Origin: Candidatus Micrarchaeota archaeon
GTDB taxonomy: Archaea; B1Sed10-29
Direction: 5' to 3'
NCBI GenBank assembly: GCA_964579265.1
Contig: CAZOFO010000001.1
Span: 46,115-110,114, forward strand
DNA length: 64,000 nucleotides
Shown here piece by piece: positions 37,100-46,127 of the stretch (position 1 is its first letter; the number at the start of each line of letters is the position of its first letter). The notes beneath the pieces were generated by a model. That model did not search any database. It was not told where the DNA came from and worked only from the letters and a program-made list of their open reading frames with translations. A program made the position numbers and the translations under genes.

Positions 37100-37942
37100 A
37101 TGAATCGGAAGATAATACCGCTGATATTAGTAGGATTACTCGTAATTGGGATCGGCTGCATCGGTCCTTTTGCTGAAGACGAACCTGAAGACGAAGAAAG
37201 AGAAAACGGAGTACCGGAAAACGAAACGGACGAAGAAGAAATTGATATAGATGTTCTCGGAGAAACAATAACGGAAAGTATGGAGAAAGAGGAAGAAATA
37301 GGCACCTATAAATCTGAAGGTGAAGTTTATTTAGAAGTTGCTGATGAGAACATTGGAGAAGAAGATATATCAGGGGAATTTACTAGAAAAAGATCTGGAG
37401 AAAAACAAAGACTAGATATGTTATTAAAAGCTCCTGAACCAGAATCAGAAGACTTAGAATTATCTATCTTAAGCTTACCCGAAGAAACCATCCTATGTAC
37501 AAGAGAAAGACTTGGTTGGGATTGCATGGATGCAGAGATGAATCCAGATACAATGTTTATAGACTTTATGATCCCTGAAAAAGAAATGTTAAATACCCTT
37601 GTAGAACAAAGAGCAGTTAATCCCACAAGAAAAGAACAAAAAACAATCATGGAAAGAAATTGTGACTTAGTAGGGATCGAAACTGAATTAAGAGATTTAA
37701 TAGGTATAATAGGAGAAATAGAAGAAGAACCAATAGAAGACGTGGATCTACAATTAGAAGTAGAACAATGCTACGATGAAGGAACAGGGGTAGCTCTAGA
37801 AACAATGATGGATTTATATATAGAAGAAGAACTTGGAAGTGTCTCGGTTTACCTTGAAAAAGAAACTGAAGAACTGGAAACAGGTCTAGAGATACCTGAA
37901 GAAGAATTCGAACCACCAGCGGAACCTGAAAATTCTTATTAA
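37100..37942 (+). CDS. secreted acidic Cys-containing protein, lipobox-like leader; paralogue of the 45237-46118 protein
   Basis: Leader MNRKIIPLILVGLLVIGIGCIGPFAEDEPEDE. C-terminal half aligns with the 45237 protein (GEKQRLD/GEKQRTD; EQCYDEGTGVALE / NQCYDKETGVPLL; IPEEEFEPPAEPE / IPEEIFELPADP). Confidence 0.5.
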   Translation: MNRKIIPLILVGLLVIGIGCIGPFAEDEPEDEERENGVPENETDEEEIDIDVLGETITESMEKEEEIGTYKSEGEVYLEVADENIGEEDISGEFTRKRSGEKQRLDMLLKAPEPESEDLELSILSLPEETILCTRERLGWDCMDAEMNPDTMFIDFMIPEKEMLNTLVEQRAVNPTRKEQKTIMERNCDLVGIETELRDLIGIIGEIEEEPIEDVDLQLEVEQCYDEGTGVALETMMDLYIEEELGSVSVYLEKETEELETGLEIPEEEFEPPAEPENSY

Positions 37943-38036
37943 CTTATTTATTTTTTTATAATTGTTTTCAAGGTAAAATGAACATCAAATTAAGAGTAAT
38001 TAGAGAGGATAGAGATTATTGTTTTTTAATATATCC

Positions 38037-39011
38037 TCATCTTCCTCCTAGAAGTTCATCGTATTTTCTTCTTGCTTCTTCCACAGATTCAACACCTTTA
38101 ACTATTGCTTTGCCGCTGCTATAGACACTTATCCTTACATTATCTTTATTTAGAATAGCTATTTTATCTCCGTATGTTTCTACTTCTGGATTTATTTCCT
38201 TTACTTTTTCAGGTTCCGTTATCCTAGGGTATATTTGAACGGAATCTTCACTACAAAGAGTTCTTGCTTCTTTTATCCTACTTAGTTCCTTGTATTTCCC
38301 GTTACAGGTGCTGCAGTCTTTTTTATTTTTAGTTTTTAGCTTATCAAAGCTCATTTTTTCTAAATTAATATTTAGTAGATTCTTCATTGGTCTTCCTTTA
38401 ACTATTTTCTCAATCTGCTTTACCTGTAGTGCTGAAATTATCTCAGCTATCCCTGGAGAAACTCCTAGTTGATCACATGTGTCTTCACTTGCTGGTTCTT
38501 CCCCTAGAACACATCTTAGACAAGGACCACCTTTTTCTACTGTCATTGTCATTCCTTTAGCTCCTCCTATCATTCCGATTATTAGAGGAACATTTTCTTT
38601 TACAGAGTAGTCATTTAGGAGAAGTCGAGTTCTAAGATTATCTGTGGAATCTATGATTACATCAGTATTCTTTACCTCTCTTTCAATATTATTTGAATTT
38701 AGATCTATTGGAGAACAGCTTATATCTTGGTTTTTATCTTTTGATATTTTCTCTATTTTTTCTTTCATTATTTCAGCTTTCAGGTTTCCTACTTCGTCTT
38801 TTGAATAGTTCTGATTATCTAAATTTCGAGACTCTAAGAAGTCTCTATCTATCAAGTTTAAATCACAACCTATCTTACCCAGTGTTTCAGAAGTTTTGGA
38901 TCCTAAGGTACCTAAACCTATTACTGTGCAATGTAGATCTCTTAGTTTATCGTAATCAGAATCTAGATAATTCTCTATCCTCGTTTTTTCACGGTTTTTT
39001 TCTCTCCGCAT
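38037..39011 (-). CDS. E1-like ThiF/MoeB/UbaA-family adenylyltransferase with ~80-aa C-terminal extension
   Basis: Nucleotide-binding motif VIGLGTLGSKTSETL and DRDFLESRNLDNQ; CxxC pairs (CLRC, CSTC). The C-terminal extension (beta-rich, ISVYSSGKAIVKG) ends in ...LLGGR. Confidence 0.65.
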   Translation of the reverse strand: MRREKNREKTRIENYLDSDYDKLRDLHCTVIGLGTLGSKTSETLGKIGCDLNLIDRDFLESRNLDNQNYSKDEVGNLKAEIMKEKIEKISKDKNQDISCSPIDLNSNNIEREVKNTDVIIDSTDNLRTRLLLNDYSVKENVPLIIGMIGGAKGMTMTVEKGGPCLRCVLGEEPASEDTCDQLGVSPGIAEIISALQVKQIEKIVKGRPMKNLLNINLEKMSFDKLKTKNKKDCSTCNGKYKELSRIKEARTLCSEDSVQIYPRITEPEKVKEINPEVETYGDKIAILNKDNVRISVYSSGKAIVKGVESVEEARRKYDELLGGR

Positions 39012-39125
39012 TTAAATCATTTCTTAGTTTTTTTCCAGAAAATTCATTAAATACTTCTTGTATACCAACCTTAAATAAGGAAAGATTCTTTATATATTAA
39101 GGGATGAAATAAGTTTTTTGATAAG

Positions 39126-39338
39126 GTGTTTGAAATGAAGATTAAGTTCAAGGGTAAAGAGGAAAAAGAATTAAAGGAAATCGAAACAGAGGCTCGAAAT
39201 ATTAAGGAATTATTAGAAAGGAAGGATATTAATCCTGTTACTCACGTAGTTTCCTTGAACGGGGAGATAGTTACTGAAGATGAAGAATTAAGCGAGGGAG
39301 ATGAAGTAAAGATCCAAAAAGTGGTTAGTGGAGGATAA
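39126..39338 (+). CDS. ThiS/MoaD/SAMP-like small ubiquitin-fold protein ending in Gly-Gly
   Basis: 70-aa ORF with C-terminal ...VKIQKVVSGG-stop, the beta-grasp sulfur-carrier/SAMP hallmark. Divergently adjacent to the E1-like gene. Confidence 0.55.
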   Translation: MFEMKIKFKGKEEKELKEIETEARNIKELLERKDINPVTHVVSLNGEIVTEDEELSEGDEVKIQKVVSGG

Positions 39339-39353
39339 TAAAAGGAGATAAAG

Positions 39354-41546
39354 ATGTCAGAGCAGGAAAGAGGATCAAGGAAGTTCGGAGCATTTACAGG
39401 AGTATTCATCCCTACCTTTCTGAGTATAGTGGGAGTTATACTGTTTTTAAGATTGGGTTTTGTAGTGGGTGGCGCAGGTTTCTGGGGAGCTATAGCTATA
39501 ATAATATTAGCGGTTTCAGTAACAATCGCAACAGGTCTTTCTCTAAGTTCAATAGCCAGTAATATAAGGATAGGTGCTGGTGGAGCTTACTCTATAATAA
39601 ATAAGACTCTCGGACTGGAGATAGGTGGGAGTATAGGCATACCTCTTTATTTGGCTCAGGCATTCTCAGTGATTCTATATATATTCGGATTCGCCGAAGC
39701 ATGGGGATACATTTTTCCCCAGCACAGTGTATTGTTAGTTTCTCTAGCTGCATTCTTGATTTTGTTTTTACTAACTTATTTGAGCACTAGCGCAGCTGTA
39801 AAAGTTCAAGTAGGAGTATTCATACTTATTTGTCTCGCTCTTATAGTTGTTTTTGCAGGAGGATTTCAAGCAGAACTAACACCTTCAGTAGGAACAGTTG
39901 AAGGTGCTCCTGGTTTCTGGATTCTCTTTGCTATATTCTTCCCTGCAGTAACAGGGTTGATGTCTGGTATAGGTATGTCAGGAGAACTTACAGATCCAAA
40001 ATCCCAAATACCTAAAGGAGTTATGTATGGTCTAGGAGTGACTGCAGTTATATATATAGCCACTGCTCTTTTACTATCTTTATCAGCTACTAGAGCTGAA
40101 TTACTCACTGAAACATTGATCCTGGCTGAAATAGCTCTAATATCTGAATTTGTTATTATAGGTATACTCGCTGCAACCTTTTCAAGCGCTCTTACAATGA
40201 TGATAGCTGCTCCAAGAGTACTTGAAGCTCTTGGAGAAAATTCTATAATCCCAAAGAGCAACTACTTCAAACAGATGTCTCCTGAAGGAGAACCTAGAAA
40301 CGCAGTAGTATTCACAGGTCTAATACTAATACCTATTATCTTAATAGGAAGTTTAGATTCGATTGCACAGGTCCTAACGATGCTTTTCTTAATAACATAT
40401 GCTATGATAAATATATCTGTATTCTTAGAACAACAACTAGGATTAAGAAGCTTTAGACCAACCTTCAAGGTTTCAAAATACATCCCATTATACGGTGCAC
40501 TTGTATCACTCATATTGATGTTCCTTGTAAATCCATACGCCAGCATAATAGCAATAATAATTATAATTTCAGTTTACATCTGGTTAGCGAAAAAAACTTT
40601 AGATCAAGAAAGCGGAGATGTAAGATCAGGATTATTCAGAGCAATATCCCAATGGTCAGCAGAAAAAACACGTTCACTACCTGAATCATCAGCACATATA
40701 TGGAAACCTAACATGATAGTACCCGTACAAAGCACTAAAACACTACGAGGGAACTTCCCACTAATAAAATCAATAGCCTACCCAAACGGAAGCATGACCG
40801 TACTAGGATTCAAACCCAAAGAAATCTCCAAGGAAAAAGACACACCAGAAGAAAACCTAACCGAAGAAGAAAGAAAGAAAGAACTCGAAATGCTACCTGA
40901 ACTAGTGGATAAATTTTCCGACGAAGAAATATTCACCTCCTACTCAACAGTAAACTTCGAAAACTACATAAATTCCCTTACAGTATCAATAGAAGCAATA
41001 GACAGCCAGGTATTCTCACCCAATATGCTATTCCTACCCTATAACCCAAACGAACTTCCTCCAAAAGACCTAAGACAAATAATAAAATCATCCAAAGAAC
41101 AAAGATGCGGTGTAGTACTATTCGACAAAGACGATGAAATAGGCCTGGGAACCGAAGAAGATATCCACGTATGGATAGATCCAAGATCACTTGAAGAAGA
41201 TTTATTCGAACAGAGATACTACGATTTATCCCTCCTAATAGCTTACAGTATAAAAAAGAACTGGGATGGAAAAATAAACATATGGATGTGCGTAGAAGAA
41301 GAAAAAGAAAAGAAAGCAAAGAGATACCTCTCAAAATTAATATACGAAGCTAGATTACCCTATTCAACTGAAATAAATGTAGTTACAGATGAATTCCAAA
41401 AAACCTTTGAAGAAGCACCCGAAGGAGACATACACATACTTCCATTCGAAGAAAAAGATATAGAAGGAGTATCAGAGACAGCAGAAACCGAAAGAAGATC
41501 CATACTATTCGTGCTGGATTCAACAAGAGAAAGCATACTAGCATAA
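39354..41546 (+). CDS. cation-chloride cotransporter (SLC12/CCC-family, APC superfamily) homologue with cytoplasmic C-terminal domain
   Basis: N-terminus KFGAFTGVFIPTFLSIVGVILFLRLGFVVGGAG matches the SLC12 TM1 signature (KFGW..GV..P..LNI.GV.LFLRL.W.VG.AG). 12 TM helices; ~280-aa hydrophilic C-terminal domain. Confidence 0.6.
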   Translation: MSEQERGSRKFGAFTGVFIPTFLSIVGVILFLRLGFVVGGAGFWGAIAIIILAVSVTIATGLSLSSIASNIRIGAGGAYSIINKTLGLEIGGSIGIPLYLAQAFSVILYIFGFAEAWGYIFPQHSVLLVSLAAFLILFLLTYLSTSAAVKVQVGVFILICLALIVVFAGGFQAELTPSVGTVEGAPGFWILFAIFFPAVTGLMSGIGMSGELTDPKSQIPKGVMYGLGVTAVIYIATALLLSLSATRAELLTETLILAEIALISEFVIIGILAATFSSALTMMIAAPRVLEALGENSIIPKSNYFKQMSPEGEPRNAVVFTGLILIPIILIGSLDSIAQVLTMLFLITYAMINISVFLEQQLGLRSFRPTFKVSKYIPLYGALVSLILMFLVNPYASIIAIIIIISVYIWLAKKTLDQESGDVRSGLFRAISQWSAEKTRSLPESSAHIWKPNMIVPVQSTKTLRGNFPLIKSIAYPNGSMTVLGFKPKEISKEKDTPEENLTEEERKKELEMLPELVDKFSDEEIFTSYSTVNFENYINSLTVSIEAIDSQVFSPNMLFLPYNPNELPPKDLRQIIKSSKEQRCGVVLFDKDDEIGLGTEEDIHVWIDPRSLEEDLFEQRYYDLSLLIAYSIKKNWDGKINIWMCVEEEKEKKAKRYLSKLIYEARLPYSTEINVVTDEFQKTFEEAPEGDIHILPFEEKDIEGVSETAETERRSILFVLDSTRESILA

Positions 41547-41605
41547 AGTAACAATCAAATAAATAAAAAAGAAAATAAATAAATTAAATACCCACAGACT
41601 CAGAG

Positions 41606-42916
41606 ATGAAAAAAATGTTTGAAAAAATAAAGAAGGCTCTCTCACCCTCTAGCCAAGAAGAAAGAATAGAAAAAATAGAAACAAGTATAGAAGATTTACG
41701 TTCAAGATTGAAAGAAGAAAAAAAAGAATACATAAATAGAAAGGAAAAAGAAGCAGAAAAAAAGCTTCAAGAACTTGAAAGACTAAGAAGAAATACTTCA
41801 GAAAAAATAGATAAACTAAAAAAAGAAAAATTCACAAAAAAAGACGATGACGAAGATAAAAAAAGAAAGAAAAAGAAATCAGCAAAAACACTAGAAGACC
41901 TTAAAAGAAACTACTGTGAAAAGGCAGAAAAAGCCTTAGAAGATATAAAAAGATCAAAATTCAATTCTACATACAGAAAAACAAAAAAAGCTTTTAAAGA
42001 ACACACTCAGTTACTAAAAGAACTGAAATCAATTTCTTACAAACAAGCAGCAGCACTTTCAAAATTCCAAACTCAAAGAAAAGCAAAAAAATCTATCAAA
42101 AAACTGGAAAGAAAAACAAAAGAGCTTGAAAAATTCCTGAAAAAAGACTACAAGATAAAGAAAATACTTATAGAAATAAAAGAAACTGAGAAAAAACTCG
42201 ATCAAAAACAAAGAAAAATCACTGAATTCAATGAAAAAATAGATAAAAAGAGAAAGGAACTGAAAGAGAACAAAAAACAGCTAAAAGAAGCAGAAGAACA
42301 ACTTGAAGAATACAAAGATGATGAAAAACATGAAAAAATCAAAAAACTAAAAGAAAAAAAGAAAAAAGAACAAAAAGAAAAAGAAAAATCCGAGAAAAAA
42401 ATCAAGAAAAAAATAAAAAGACTCAGAAGAGTGCTCAAAAAATTCAAACACCAAGAAGCAGGTAAACCCGCTGAACTATCCAGTAGATTACTAGAAAAAC
42501 CTCTAAAAACATACTTGGAGTTAGATAAAGAAGAAATAGAAAAACTGCTCGAGCAAATTCAAAAAGCAATAAATGAAAAAAGAGTAAAAGTTGATAACAA
42601 AATAGAGAAAAGAGTAGAAAAAACAAAAAAGAAACTCCAAGAACTTGAAAAACACAGAAAAAACATAGAAGAAAAGAAAGAGAAGATAAAAGAGATAAAA
42701 GAAGAAATCAAAGGGTACTCGAACTTCAAAGAAAAAGGAAAACACCTGAGAAAAGAACTAGAACAAGCAAAACAAAGGAAAGAAAGAACTGAAAGAGAGA
42801 TAAAGAAATTTACAAAAAACAGAGAAAAAGCCAAGAAAAAGATCAATAACCTAAAAGAGAAAATAGTGAACAAGATAAACAGCCAAATAGAAGGAATAGA
42901 AGTTGAATTGGAATAA
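41606..42916 (+). CDS. hypothetical K/E-rich coiled-coil protein (436 aa)
   Basis: ORF; extremely lysine/glutamate-rich heptad-like sequence. Confidence 0.4.
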   Translation: MKKMFEKIKKALSPSSQEERIEKIETSIEDLRSRLKEEKKEYINRKEKEAEKKLQELERLRRNTSEKIDKLKKEKFTKKDDDEDKKRKKKKSAKTLEDLKRNYCEKAEKALEDIKRSKFNSTYRKTKKAFKEHTQLLKELKSISYKQAAALSKFQTQRKAKKSIKKLERKTKELEKFLKKDYKIKKILIEIKETEKKLDQKQRKITEFNEKIDKKRKELKENKKQLKEAEEQLEEYKDDEKHEKIKKLKEKKKKEQKEKEKSEKKIKKKIKRLRRVLKKFKHQEAGKPAELSSRLLEKPLKTYLELDKEEIEKLLEQIQKAINEKRVKVDNKIEKRVEKTKKKLQELEKHRKNIEEKKEKIKEIKEEIKGYSNFKEKGKHLRKELEQAKQRKERTEREIKKFTKNREKAKKKINNLKEKIVNKINSQIEGIEVELE

Positions 42917-42937
42917 ATACTTCAAAAAAAGATAAAT

Positions 42938-43372
42938 ATGACTGATATAAACTTAAAAATACTAGATGCTAAAGAGATAAAAGAAGAAAGAATGGAAGGA
43001 CTAAGTAAAATAGGTAGAAAAAGGAAAGAACCTATAAAAGGAGAAAAAATAGTTGTTGCTGAGAAAAAAGGAGAAGTAGTAGGATACGCATCACTTATAA
43101 ATAGCCCTAGATCAAATGAAGCATATATAGATAATATAAAAGTTAAAGAAAAGGAAAGAAAGAAAGGAATAGGTAAAAAACTTGAGAAAAAAATAGAAGA
43201 AACAGCTGAAAAAAATAACCTGAAAAAAATACGCTCCGATCTAATCAACCCCGAATCAAAAAAATTCTGGAAATCACAAGGATACAAAACAAAAGAAAAA
43301 GGCATGACCAACAGCATAAATAAAAGAATAAAACAGGAAAAGAAAAAAAGAAATCAAAGAAAAAGAAAATAA
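42938..43372 (+). CDS. GNAT-family N-acetyltransferase
   Basis: Acetyl-CoA-binding motif region (GEVVGYASL..., KERKKGIGKKLEKKIEETAEKNNLKKI). Confidence 0.55.
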   Translation: MTDINLKILDAKEIKEERMEGLSKIGRKRKEPIKGEKIVVAEKKGEVVGYASLINSPRSNEAYIDNIKVKEKERKKGIGKKLEKKIEETAEKNNLKKIRSDLINPESKKFWKSQGYKTKEKGMTNSINKRIKQEKKKRNQRKRK

Positions 43373-43385
43373 AAAAGGTTTCAGG

Positions 43386-44393
43386 ATGAAAAAAGCCAAA
43401 TACTACTTAAAAAAAGATAATAAAGTAATATGTTATCTTTGCCCACACACATGTAGCTTAAAAGAAGAGGAAAGAGGCAAATGCAAAGTTAGAAAAAATG
43501 TAAAAGGAGAACTATTCTCTACTGTATATGGAAAACCAACATCCGAAGGTATAGACCCAATAGAAAAGAAACCATTATACCACTTTCTTCCCGGAGAAAA
43601 AGCATTTTCAATCGGAACTGCTGGATGTAACCAAAGCTGTCTATTCTGTTGTAACTGGCAGATAAGCCAATCAACCGAAAAAGAAATAAGGACAATGGAC
43701 TTGTCCCCGGAAGAAGCTGTCAAAAAAGCCGAATCACGGAACTCAAAGATAATAGCATACACCTACAATGAACCAACAGTCTTTATAGAATATATGCAGG
43801 AAACAGCTGAGATAGCAAGGGAAAAAAATCTTAAAAATATAGCAGTAACCTGTGGTTTAGTAAATGAAAAACCATTAAGAGACATTTCCAAATTCCTTGA
43901 TGCCGCCAATATAGATCTAAAATACTTCTCCGATCAGAAATATAAAGAAGTATCCGGAGGAAGATTAGAACCGGTCCTAAATACAATAAAAACTCTAAAA
44001 GAGGAAGGAGTATGGATAGAGATCACTAACCTAATCATACCAGGACTAAACGATGACGAAGAAACTATAAGAAAAATGTGTAAATGGATAATCGACAATA
44101 TTGGAGATGAAACACCGCTACACTTCTCAAGATTCTACCCTACCTACAAAATGAATAAAAAACCACCTACCCCTATAGAAACTGTTAAAAAAGCCGAAAA
44201 AATAGCCAAAGAAGAAGGAATAAAATATGTATACATAGGTAACATCCCAGAAGAAACTCCAAATACCAACTGCAGCAACTGTGACGCAACTATAATAGAA
44301 AGAAAAGGATTCAAATCAAAAATAAAAAAACTTGACCAGGAAAAAGGAGAATGCATAGAATGCGGAGAAAAAATCCCTGGAATATGGAAATGA
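43386..44393 (+). CDS. amrS: AmmeMemoRadiSam-system radical SAM enzyme (AmrS-like)
   Basis: N-terminal Cys-rich segment CYLCPHTCSLKEEERGKCKVRKN characteristic of AmrS, then radical-SAM CxxxCxxC (GCNQSCLFCCNW). Followed by a Memo-like gene. Confidence 0.65.
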   Translation: MKKAKYYLKKDNKVICYLCPHTCSLKEEERGKCKVRKNVKGELFSTVYGKPTSEGIDPIEKKPLYHFLPGEKAFSIGTAGCNQSCLFCCNWQISQSTEKEIRTMDLSPEEAVKKAESRNSKIIAYTYNEPTVFIEYMQETAEIAREKNLKNIAVTCGLVNEKPLRDISKFLDAANIDLKYFSDQKYKEVSGGRLEPVLNTIKTLKEEGVWIEITNLIIPGLNDDEETIRKMCKWIIDNIGDETPLHFSRFYPTYKMNKKPPTPIETVKKAEKIAKEEGIKYVYIGNIPEETPNTNCSNCDATIIERKGFKSKIKKLDQEKGECIECGEKIPGIWK

Positions 44394-44408
44394 AAAAATA
44401 AAGATAAC

Positions 44409-45245
44409 ATGGATAAGAATCAACAAAAAACCAGAAAACCAGTTGCAAGAGGATTCTACCCCTTAAATAAAGAAGAACTAGAGAAAAAAATAGATAAATT
44501 ACTCAAATCTGTACCTGAAAGAAATATAAATCCAAAAGGAATAATAGTGCCTCATGCAGGATACGAATACTCAGGTAAAACCGCTGCACACGCGTATAAA
44601 TCTCTTAAAGATAGAAAAATAGAAAATGCAGTCATCCTAGGATTTAACCACTCAGGAATAGGTGAAAAAGCAGCACTATCAACTCTACCCTGGGAAACTC
44701 CACTAGGGAAAACAGAAGTGAATAGAGAAATAAAGGAAAAAATCCTAGAAAATGAAGTTATAAAAGCGGACGAATCCGCTCATTCCCAGGAACACAGCAT
44801 AGAAGTACAACTACCATTCCTACAGTTCTTAAATCCTGAAATAGAGATAACTCCAATCTCTCTCTCGAACAAAATAAGTATAGAAGAAATTAAAAAAATA
44901 TCGGAAACTCTAAAAAAGATAGATTATAAGAAAAACATATTGATAGCTTCTTCGGATTTACTACACGTAGGTTACAGATTCAACTTAGTACCTGAAGAAG
45001 ACAATCTAGAATACCTCAATAAAAAAGATGAAGAATTTATAAACAGTATAAAAGATCTCAAAATCCAGGAGATAATTGAAAAAGGAAGAAAATCCACAGT
45101 ATGCGGATTCATACCTATAGCTGTAGTATTAGATACATTAAAAGATCAAATTAAAGAGATAAAAGTTCTAGAAAGATCTAATTCTTACGAGGTAACTGGG
45201 GATAAGTCTTCAGTCGTAGGTTACGCTAGCATAGCATTAACCTAA
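44409..45245 (+). CDS. amrB: MEMO1-family protein (AmmeMemoRadiSam system protein B, AmrB)
   Basis: GIIVPHAGYEYSG motif of Memo/AmrB; several His (HSQEHSIE) consistent with the extradiol-dioxygenase-like fold. Confidence 0.7.
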   Translation: MDKNQQKTRKPVARGFYPLNKEELEKKIDKLLKSVPERNINPKGIIVPHAGYEYSGKTAAHAYKSLKDRKIENAVILGFNHSGIGEKAALSTLPWETPLGKTEVNREIKEKILENEVIKADESAHSQEHSIEVQLPFLQFLNPEIEITPISLSNKISIEEIKKISETLKKIDYKKNILIASSDLLHVGYRFNLVPEEDNLEYLNKKDEEFINSIKDLKIQEIIEKGRKSTVCGFIPIAVVLDTLKDQIKEIKVLERSNSYEVTGDKSSVVGYASIALT

Positions 45246-46118
45246 GTCATTATAATGACCAATAGGATCTGCAGGTAGTTCAAAAATCTCTTCAGGTATA
45301 TCCGCTTCCATTTCCAATGATTCAATCTCCATCTCCATTAGGAATGAGTCTTCAGGAGATTCCATCTTCATTTCTTCCAGTAGAGGCACTCCTGTTTCCT
45401 TATCGTAACATTGATTCATCTCCATGGTTACTCCTCCCGTGCCCGGTATTTCACCCATATGTTCTTCTATCACTTCAGTATCAAGTTCCATCTCTACGTA
45501 GTTACATTCTCTTCCAGATACTCTCATTTTTTCAGCATGACGTTGCGTGAAATTGATTTCTTCTTCCTCTATCATTTCTTCCAGTTCTTCTTTATCTAGA
45601 GTCATACCTGTTTCTATATCTTCTCCTTCTTCACATATCCATCCATCTATCTCATCGTAGAAATCTTCCAGTCCTTTCATACAAGAAAATGTACCTTCTG
45701 GGAGAATGAAAGTAGATGTTGTTATTTCTCCTGCTGTACCGTGCTGTATTCCTTGATTAACTCCTCCGTAATCATCTAATTGGAAAGATATATCGGTTCT
45801 CTGTTTTTCCCCGTCACTTGATCTATAGGTCACAAATACTCCGTTCATCTCTTCTTCTTGACCCATCTCCTCCATAGTGATATCTATTTCTCCTTCTGCT
45901 ATGTATGAGGGAGCTTCCTCTCTTTTCTCTATGCTTTCTAGAACTGCGTCTTCAGGGCTTGTGCCTGTGGTTCTGTAAAAAATTATTAATGAAGTTATTA
46001 ATCCTATTACGAATACTGCTCCCACGAGAGCAATAAAGAATGTTTTGTTTTTCTCCATTATTTTCACCGTTAGATTTACCAGAGCTTTAAAGCATCTCTG
46101 TTGTTTTTTTAATCTCAA
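45237..46118 (-). CDS. membrane-anchored acidic Cys-containing protein, paralogue of the 37100-37942 protein
   Basis: N-terminal TM (FFIALVGAVFVIGLITSLIIF). Conserved blocks shared with the 37100 protein, including four aligned Cys. Confidence 0.5.
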   Translation of the reverse strand: MRLKKQQRCFKALVNLTVKIMEKNKTFFIALVGAVFVIGLITSLIIFYRTTGTSPEDAVLESIEKREEAPSYIAEGEIDITMEEMGQEEEMNGVFVTYRSSDGEKQRTDISFQLDDYGGVNQGIQHGTAGEITTSTFILPEGTFSCMKGLEDFYDEIDGWICEEGEDIETGMTLDKEELEEMIEEEEINFTQRHAEKMRVSGRECNYVEMELDTEVIEEHMGEIPGTGGVTMEMNQCYDKETGVPLLEEMKMESPEDSFLMEMEIESLEMEADIPEEIFELPADPIGHYNDLG

Positions 46119-46127
46119 GAGTTTATA

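Noticed and set aside
42202-42873. Four minus-strand F/S/L-rich ORFs within the 41606-42916 K/E-rich gene
   Set aside because: Antisense artefacts of poly-lysine/glutamate coding (AAR/GAR read as TTY/YTC on the opposite strand).
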